DNA of 64,000 nucleotides from Octopus sinensis (Eukaryota), in assembly GCF_006345805.1 (NCBI RefSeq), contig NC_042997.1:101556001-101620000 (forward strand). The letters run 5' to 3'. The position numbers and the translations under genes were made by a program. Numbering within the stretch: position 1 is the first letter of the stretch; every line of letters starts with the position of its first letter. Of the stretch, positions 55,166 to 64,000 are shown one piece after another. The notes under the pieces were generated by a model. It was not told where the DNA came from. It worked only from the letters and a program-made list of their open reading frames with translations, and made no database searches.

Positions 55166-55809
55166 AATGAAAACCTTTGCTCTCCCCCTTCCCCATGGGG
55201 CACAGGTCATTGACAACTTGTCTCTGCTGTTCTCAACCTTGGACTATCTTTTTTGCTTCTTTCCAGCTGGATGCCTGCAAGAGAAGGCCTTCTTCTCCCA
55301 GGTCTTGTTGGTTTTGAATAGTCATCTATGCTTCTGTAACTTTGATTGTTTTTTTTTTTGTTTTTTTGTTTTTTTTTCTATGCAGACCCATTTTTATTTC
55401 TGGGAAGAAGTGGTAAATATTAGCCTGACCATTATTCTTTAACTTGCCCAGTATGAGAGGTCCCCTACTAGGAGCTTGCACTCTGCTGGTTTAGCTCTAA
55501 GGATACTTGAGCTACACTGCAACAAGGATTGGACCTTGTGGGTTGAGAAGGTCTAATAAGACTAAACCATGTCCATTGCATTCATCAGTTAACCACAAGA
55601 ATAGATATATTTCAATATTGCATTTCTTAATATTTTCCAAAACTTTCAAATACACAAACACACACATACACACATACGCATCTTATTAACAAGAAACATT
55701 AGTATTTATTTGATAGGAAATTGTATTTTGTTTATGAAAAATGGTTTCCATTATTTGCAATACATTTCAATAATTTTTTCTAAACTTTATAAATTTTTAT
55801 TTCTATATC

Positions 55810-55960
55810 TGGTAAGTAGCTTGCTTACAAACCGCATGGTTCCAGGTTCAGTCTCACTGCCTGGCACCTTGGGTAAGTGTCTTCTACTATAGCCTCGGGA
55901 TGACCAAAGCCTTGTGAGTGGATTTGGTAGACAGAAACTGAAAAAAGCTCATCGAGTGTG

Positions 55961-56009
<49 letters not shown>

Positions 56010-56235
56010 ATATATATGTGTGTGTGTATATGTTTGTGTGTCTGTGTTTGTACCCCCCAACATCGCTTGACAACTGATGCTGGTGTGTTTGCGTTCCCGT
56101 AACTTAGTGGTTCGGCAAAAGAGACTAATAGAATAAGTACTAGGCTTACAAGGAATAAGTCCTGGGGTCGATTTGCTCAACTAAAGGCGGTGCTCCAACA
56201 TGGCCACAGTCAAATGACTGAAACAAGTAAAAGAG
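55810..56235 (+). mobile_element. Near full-length SINE family A
   Basis: Colinear with 14673-15125. Confidence 0.88.
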
Positions 56236-57890
56236 GTATATATATATATATATAATTTTGCTTTCCTATCATGTGGTTTCAGGTTCAGTCTCACTGTAAG
56301 GCACCTTGGGCTACTGTCTTCCATAGTCCCAGGCTTACCAAAGCTGTGTGAATGGTTTGGTAGGCTGAAACTAAAAGAAGCCCATTGTATACATACATAC
56401 GTGTGTTTGTGTATGTGTTTGCACCTCCTTGTCTTGACATAGTGTGATAGTTGAAATTGAGTATCACCATCATACAAGCAGTGTTATTTGTTTCCAATCA
56501 TATTCTGATCATGGGAAACAATTTAGGGTTGGTAACAGGAAGAGCATCTGTCATAGAAAATCTGCCTCAATGAATTCTGTCTGACACATGGAAAAGTGGA
56601 TGTTAAAATGATGGTAGTGGTGGAGGTGGCGATGATGATGATGTTTCATAGTTTGACATTAGCTGAATGTTTTTTTCTTTTACATCTTAGGCTTTTGATA
56701 TAATATTGTCTATTTTCCAAAATAATTTCAATTATAAAGATTTCAGCAAATATAAATTTAAAAAGAGATAGGTTCTTTAAAAAATGCTTAATATGAGATT
56801 TAATTTCACATTGGGCAAAATGCTTGGCTGTATTTTTGTCTGTCTTCATGTTCTGAGTTCAAATTCCACCAATGTTGACTTTGCATTTCATCCTTTCAGT
56901 TAAACACTAGGGTTAATTTAAATGACTTGGGTCCTCCCCAACAAACCCACTGGCCTTGTGCCAAAATTTAAAGCCAGTATGGGATTTAATTTCATTGTCA
57001 GAAATAATTTGTTTTGCCACTTTACACCCCTTCTTCCATGTTTGCGTGGACCATGTATTTATTTGTTGGAGCTGTTAGTATTACAAAATGATGCTCTTCT
57101 GCTACTGACAATGAGTTTCTAATCCACTGCTGTTATTAGACATATGTATCAGATCTTTTGGAAACTTACAAATGTAAATTATATATGCCTGCTAAAATCT
57201 CAAAAGTTTTTAGGAGCTGGTGCTTGCTGCCTCCAGTTTTATGGTGTGATGTGAGCAAGAGACAACATTCACCCTAGGATAAGATACCAGTCAATAAACT
57301 GGTTAATATTCCCAGGTGATCTGCTGCATATTTTTGACAGATATGTGAGCTAAAGCAAAAATAGAATAAACAGCTCCACCCAAACATTTAACAAAGTACT
57401 TGTAGTTCATGTGAACTCTTAACATTCCTGCTGGTAGGTAGTCCAATAGCTTATTCAGTCATCTCACTTCTACATTGTTCTTTCTGATTGACCCAGCATG
57501 TAATTCATGAGTAGATTTATCTGAACTGCTTAAAACATTAAGCTAGACCTAAACATCAACCATAATGTTGAACTAGTAATGGAACCTCTACATGATTGCT
57601 TAGCTTGCTAGAAATGGTATCTAAATCTTTTTCAAATCTCAATGTACCATAGATGATGTAGTCCTATATACACTATATTGGGAAAAGATGGTGTGGTTAT
57701 GGATTAAATGTCTTTGATCATAGGATTGTTCAGTCATTGCTAACTATGGGCTAAATTACAATTACTAAATGTTATGAACCTTGTGGAGTTATTGGAGACA
57801 GTTTTATGTTTGTATGCAAGTTATATTGTATTTTTTAATCTTTATCAAATGGATAATAATAATGATAATGACAATAAGAAGAAGAAGAAT

Positions 57891-58500
57891 GATAGCGTTA
57901 CTCATATAGTAAGTGAATGTAGCATTCTGGCACAGAAAGAATACAAGAATAGACATGACAATCTAGGGAGAGTAGTCCACTATGTAGAAAGTTAAGATTT
58001 GACCATACTGATAAATGGTATGAACATGAACCTAGTAAAGTAATAGAAAGTAAGAAATACAAGATGTTGTGGGACTTAAACATTCAGACTGACAGAGTAA
58101 TAGAAGCTAGAAGACCTGATTTGGTAGTAGTAGATAAAGAGAATAGAAAGTGCCTGATAATTGACTTTACAGACCTTAATGATGAAAAAATTAATATGAG
58201 AAGTATAGAAAATTAGCAAAGTACCAGGACCTTGCTATTGAATTACAGAAACTATGGAAAGTGTGGGTAAAATGTATCCCAGTAGTTATAGGTGCAGCTC
58301 CAGAAAGTTGTACTAAACTGGAGCGGTTTAGTACAGCTCCAGAAAAGTGTTAGGAACAGCTAGGATACTTAGGAAGGTTCCTGGCATCTAAGGTTACTTC
58401 CTGTAACCCAATAAGAGGGTTCTTGGCATCTAAGGCTACTTGTTGTAACCCGGTGTTAGGATTCTTTTCTTTTCCAAGTCTAATCTGTTGAGTGTATATG
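57891..58500 (+). mobile_element. R4/Dong-type LINE 3' fragment (restriction-like endonuclease), followed by (TAA)n
   Basis: SVTHIVSECSILAQKEYKNRHD...KWYEHEPSKVIE...LWDLNIQTDRVIEARRPDLVVVDKENRKCLIIDF...LGTARILRKV. Confidence 0.85.
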
Positions 58501-58502
58501 AA

Positions 58503-58541
<39 letters not shown>

Positions 58542-58589
58542 TAATAATACTAACAACAACAATAATAATAATAATTAATAGTAATAAGT

Positions 58590-58800
58590 AGATATAAGGA
58601 TCTTTAAATGGAAGTCTCAAAAATGTGGCATCTAAGAACAGAAACTGTACTTGTGATCATCAGAGATTTAGGGCCAGTACCAAAAGGCACTCTTAAATGC
58701 TATAGCCAAATACTAAGAAACCCCAAGGGATCAGAACTACAAAAAATTCTTAGAATGTGAACAGTAGTTCACACCCTAAGAAAAATATCATCAACCTAAA
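58590..58800 (+). pseudogene. Second, older R4/Dong-type C-terminal fragment after the (TAA)n tract
   Basis: DL*MEVSKMWHLRTETVLVII...ELQKIL...HTLRK. Confidence 0.55.
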
Positions 58801-60218
58801 AATACCTGATTCTCTTAAAACTCTTACAAATTCAACAGAATCTTAGTTCTTAGATTCTGGTCTTCTTCCTGTATAATATATACCATTGCTAATCATAACT
58901 AATATTCATAGTAAAATGTCCAATTTGCTGTTACTTGAGGTCTCTAACTGAGACACAGAACAGCTCATGTAAAACAAAGCTACAATAACATAAATGCTAA
59001 AAAAAATATCATCATTAACAACAGCTGTATTTTAACAACAGCTGTATTTTAACTACATGCATAAATTTCATAAAAATAAAGATTCATTACAATGATTTTT
59101 TTTTTTTTTTTTTTTTGCTTTGCTATTACAGAATTTCAAGTATTCTTCAAATTTTAAATGACTACTAACCAATTGCTTGGTAACATGACCTTCAAGTTAT
59201 GATGAAGTATTTTAGTTCATGTCCAAAAGAAGATAACAATTTTAAAAAGTCATCAACTAATATGGGAAAGAGTAAGTAACATTTTCTTTTAAATATATTA
59301 AACCCTTTTATGACCATATTTCTGATGGAATAGACTGCTTTTGCTCAAAACCTTTGCCATTATTAACCCTTCTATTCTGTTGAAATACTCTGCTTTTGTT
59401 TCAATTTATTTTAAAAATACAAAAAATTTAGTAAGATAACATTGTCTTTATTAACCTGATATTTGGAAAAATAATTTAAGATAGGATTTTGATGGAAGAT
59501 TTGCATCATTGAATCAAAGGTTGTCATAGGTGGGTTCGTATCAAAAGGGTTAGGCTGATGTATGGAATTTTGATGGGAAGTTTTAATTTAATACCTTTAA
59601 AAAAAGAAAGTAGACTGCTCCTTGTTTTGTGAAAAAAAAGAATGTATTGTAGTTCAAGGGACAGTCTCGGATGGGCTGGTATCGAAAAGGTTTAAACTTT
59701 GAAAAGGTTCTGTAATATTTTAGAATCATGTTAATTTTCCCCGTTCTATTCTAAATTGAAAATTAAACCTTTCTAAAGTGCTTGCTTCACTTATTGTTAA
59801 GTCGGGCATTTCTAAAGTACTTACTTCGCCTCATCTATTAAGTTGGACAGTTTTTTAAAGTTCTTGTCTTGTAGAGAACAGTTTTCAAATGCTTAGCAAT
59901 ATTTTCTAAAGTGAGTTTGTCTCATTTATAGTTAAGTTTCCAGAATTCTTATTTTGTGATAGAACCTTAACTGGCTGTTGCTGAAAGCTGAAGAAAAAGA
60001 TTGTAATAGATGAATTTTTTAACATTATATAGAGAAAATAATAAAATTAGTGATTGAGTTTAGATCTTATAATAAAATTTCATCCAATTTTTAAGTTTAC
60101 CATATTGTAAACTCAACCAGAAATCCAGTATATTACTATTCACAGTAGTAGAAGGATTACTTCTTTTTAATTTCTTCAATTAAAAGAAATGGTGAAATGT
60201 TCTGTATGATGTAGAGAT

Positions 60219-60529
60219 CAGCGATTCTCAACTATTTTTCATCTATGGACTCCTTTGATTACTATTTTACTCTGGTGGACCTCCATAGCCTTTTAATGTT
60301 TATCAACTAGTTTTATAGCTACTTCTTTCAAAATTCTTACTTTGTTTTTCACACATTAATTTGTGATAGGCTGAACTAATGTAAAATGATACCTAGCTGT
60401 TTCTTGCAATAAATATATCTAAAGCAAAATTTTTTCATGGACATAAAACTCTACTGTGGCTTTCCAATTTACGACTTTGTTTGCATGGACCTCCAAAAGT
60501 CTTATATGGACTCTGGTTAAGAACCACTG
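60219..60529. mobile_element. hAT-type MITE, same family as 10778-11012
   Basis: CAGCGATTCTCAAC ... GGTTAAGAACCACTG termini; flanks ATGTAG(AG)AT and ATGTAGAT. Confidence 0.78.
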
Positions 60530-61642
60530 ATGTAGATGAACTGAAAAAAAATTTTTTTATTGTTTTAGAAACAAAAAGAAAACATGTCTTTTTTCTTTCC
60601 CTTTAATTTTGACAACACTATTCCCAGTTATAACATTTTGTATTCTTTGTTAAATATATTTGTTGATGCTAAGCAATTTGTTCTATCTATATCTTATTTG
60701 CAGACTTTCTATGCATGCACTAGTAATCTATCTTCTTGCAAAAGCGACTTATTTTAATATATGATTTATAAATGTAACATTAATGCACAAATTTGAAGAT
60801 ATGGAAGATTATGGAAGAAATTTAAGACATGCAAAACCAAATTTTAGAGTTGCAGTCATATCATTATTGCAATGTTAGCGAAATACCCATAATTCCCTGT
60901 AGTGTTATAAATGACTTCTTATTTAGGTTCTAGGCTACAACTTTATAGATGAGAGAAGAGTTTGTATAATGCTTGTTTTTCTCTAAACTCTTAGCAGAAC
61001 AAATGAAAGGAACTGGCTTCAACTGGTGATTAAGATGCCTTATGGACTTGGCTTTTTGAAAGTTAAAATCGTTTTTTATATTGATAGATATAGCTTTCAG
61101 ACATGTAAGTTGTCCTTGGTATAATTTTACATCCTGGCTTAGTTTGTACAGTTGTAGTTATTCACTTTAGACTTGGAGCATTTACATAATATTTCTATTT
61201 TTCTTCTAACACATTTAATAGAATTACTGTTCATAATTGCTACTGTTATAAAAAAAAAAAAGAAACAGAAAATTTTCTTAAGTTTTACGAAATTAATTTG
61301 AAATCATATTTGTCATAGATGTTAGACAAAACTTTAGAAAAAGAGTGGCTGACAAACTTCCTAATTAAACTCACTATAAATTATACTTAGGAGACTCACA
61401 CGAATCAGAAACATCTTTACAGGCTATGCTATATCTATATGGGCTCTTCTCAATTCCCTAGCCTGTGAACTACTTTCCAGAGATGACTTCATGCTGGAGG
61501 AAGGGAAAATTATAATGAACATTGTCTCCATGACTCTTCTCATTACTGACTTTTAGCGAATCTTTTACTGACAAAAGTCTTTTTTCTCTGTCTAATTAAT
61601 CAGTCTTTGAATGAATGAATGAATGAAAGAATGAATGAATGA

Positions 61643-61683
<41 letters not shown>

Positions 61684-62344
61684 AGTTTTGTGAATTGTAC
61701 TTTAAAATTGCCATTGTTAATTGGCATTTCTAGATTTAGAGATTTCATTTCCAACAGTCAAACAAATATTAAAAAAATTTTGCAGTTGTTAGATTATTAC
61801 AAATTTAGCTTTATTATTTTTGTCTTTTTAACATCTAATTACTACATTAAAGTGATTCTACTGTGTTGGGAATTGAATTGAAATTAAACTGGCAAACATG
61901 TTAATATAACAATAATTTTTGCTCTTGTAGAATTGGTAGAGTATTAGACAAAATGCTATGCTGATATTTGTTTTAGCTCTTTACATTCTGAGTTCCCATT
62001 AAGACTAAATTTGTCTATGTTAGAAATAATCATTATATTCATCATCACTATTATTATCATGATTATTATCATCATCATTATAATTATTATTGTCATTATC
62101 ATTATTATTGTCATTATCATTTTCTTTCAGTTCTGTTTCCATTTCATGCCAAGTGTCTTCCTGACACCTAGGGCAGAGAAACTCATTGTAGACATTTGAT
62201 AGACCATTAAAATAAACACACCAGATTGTTCATTTACAAAGTCATGTGATAGAGAAAAAAGAGATGAAAGACAGAGAGAAAAAGGAGAAAATAGAAAAAT
62301 AGAAAAAAGCAAACAAAGAAAATAAAGGGGAAAAAATAAAGAAA

Positions 62345-62660
62345 ATTCACATTGACAATGCTCTTCTCAGTACATGTAACCTGCAGGGATTGTAAGCCAG
62401 GGATCAGTCTTAAATAATTTTCAGTTCCTTTTCTTGATCATTCCAAGTGCTCCTACAATCACTGGTATTGTAACCATCTTGAGACACCAAATCTTTTCGA
62501 TTTCAATTAGCAAATCTTTATATTTTCTGAGTTTATCAAATTTTTTTACGGTCACAGGGTATACTCATGTCAATCAATAAACAGATTTTATTGTTTTGAT
62601 CTTTCGCAACAATATCTGGTTTATTTGCTTTGATGGTCTGGTCTGTACATACTGGAAATA
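62345..62660 (-). pseudogene. R4/Dong-type RLE C-terminal fragment
   Basis: TDQTIKANKPDIVAKDQNNKICLLIDMSIP...KYKDLLIEIEKIWCLKMVTIPVIVGALG. Confidence 0.8.
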
Positions 62661-62739
62661 ATATTATTATTATCATTATCATCATTATTGATGTTCTGGA
62701 GAACTCCCAGAGAGTTCTTAATTACCAGTTATTCTTTAC

Positions 62740-63110
62740 TTGAAAGGTTTCAAGTAGTGCCTTCTCCTGTAACTCAAAGAGACAATACCCCTTAGAATGT
62801 GAGCTGTACCCAACAATGCTGCCTTTTGGATCACCTCGAGTCTGACAGCAGCCCTAGTATTCTTAATATGTTTTTCAAAGCCCTTGGAAACTGCTCCTAG
62901 TGCTTCAATTACCACTGGTATCACCATCACTTTCCTTATGCCCCATAATTTTCCTATCTCATCCCGCAGTGGCTGGAATTTCTCAGTCTTTTCTGTTTCC
63001 TTATATTTCACCTTCGAATTACCTGGTATTGCAACATCTATTATCTTTACTTCTTTTTCATCTTTGTGGATGAGCATGATATTATTATTATTTCCTTTGC
63101 ACAGCTTCTA
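62740..63110 (-). pseudogene. R4/Dong-type RLE C-terminal fragment
   Basis: IIDVAIPG...KFQPLRDEIGKLW...VIPVVIEALG...IQKAALLGTAHILR. Confidence 0.85.
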
Positions 63111-63169
63111 ATGCTGGAGATGTACTACAATGCAGCTGTTCACTACCAGTGAACTAAGGTAGCACATCT

Positions 63170-64000
63170 TATTTTTCGAGCAGCTTCCGGATTATTCAAG
63201 CAGTTCCAAGCAGTGCTGTTTTCTGCAAGTGCTCCACCCTTATTGCAGCCCCTATTTGTTCCACATACTTCTCAAGATTTTTACTCACTGTTCCCAGGGC
63301 TCCGACAATTATTGGTACTACTGCTACCTTTTTCATCGACCACAATTGCTTAACTTCCCAAGCTAACCTGTCATATCTCTCAACTTTTCTTTCTTCCTTA
63401 TTGCATACCTTGTTGTCAGCTGGGCATGTTGTATCTATGATCCAGCATAGTTTGTTTTCTTCCTCAATTAAGACTATGTCCAGCTTCCTATTCTCTATCT
63501 CATGGTCGCACTGGATCATAAAATCCCATAGGGTCTTTGCATTTCTACTTTCGATGATGCCTTCAGGTTTGTGGTCGTACCAATTTTTTGGTCTGTCAAG
63601 TTCATACTTGTTGCAGAGTGTCCAATGGACAATCCTGGCTATATTGTCATGGCATCTCTTATATTCCTTCTGAGCTAGTGGCGTACATTGGCTGGTAATA
63701 TGCCATACGGTTTCACCATTTTGTCCGCAGATTCTGCACTTATCACTTTCTGATGTGTTGTCTCTTCTGTATTTTATGTAGTATGTTCTTAGTGCTTGCT
63801 CTTGGGCAGCACAGATTTCCAGTTTTAAATCAATTTTCATCATCTACAGCTATCTTTTTTCTCTGTCTGTTTTATCTTCAACATCCCTATGAAATTGACC
63901 ATGCATTCTTTTCTTTATCCACCTATTTTCAGTTTCATTCGTTTTTAATTTCTTGTATAGTGCTTTATCTTTGCAATCTTTCATCCTACGCAAGTCTGAC
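63170..64000 (-). mobile_element. R4/Dong-type LINE 3' part (CCHC finger plus RLE), runs off window end
   Basis: MHGQF (in the stretch upstream of the listed ORF), then CAAQEQAL...CRICGQNGETVWHITSQC...KEYKRCHD...LWDFMIQCDHEIENRKLDIV...IIDTTCP...VVPIIVGALG...LQKTALLGTA. Confidence 0.9.

Overview
AT-rich, microsatellite-dense eukaryotic DNA dominated by transposon fossils. The repeat mix resembles a cephalopod (Octopus-type) genome; this is inferred from repeat recognition, not from a search. Retroelements seen: an uninterrupted 648-codon RTE-clade LINE frame running off the window start, many short RTE 3' ends, a decayed Penelope-like element (PLE), an L1/Tx1 3' end, stacked R4/Dong-type fragments and at least three tRNA-derived SINE families. 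DNA elements seen: two decayed Tc1/mariner transposases and hAT, mariner and piggyBac-type MITEs. No known host gene is recognisable. Best leads: (1) two independent inverted-repeat structures whose arms carry minimal hammerhead-ribozyme-like motifs (29.4-29.7 kb, and 2.74-3.37 kb where the motif follows a tRNA-like head and the unit has a 13-bp TSD); (2) a 190-aa non-TE ORF at 24777-25349 whose internal repeats differ largely by synonymous codons; (3) a C4HC3 PHD finger inside the RTE ORF just after the RT core. All translations and alignments were done by eye.
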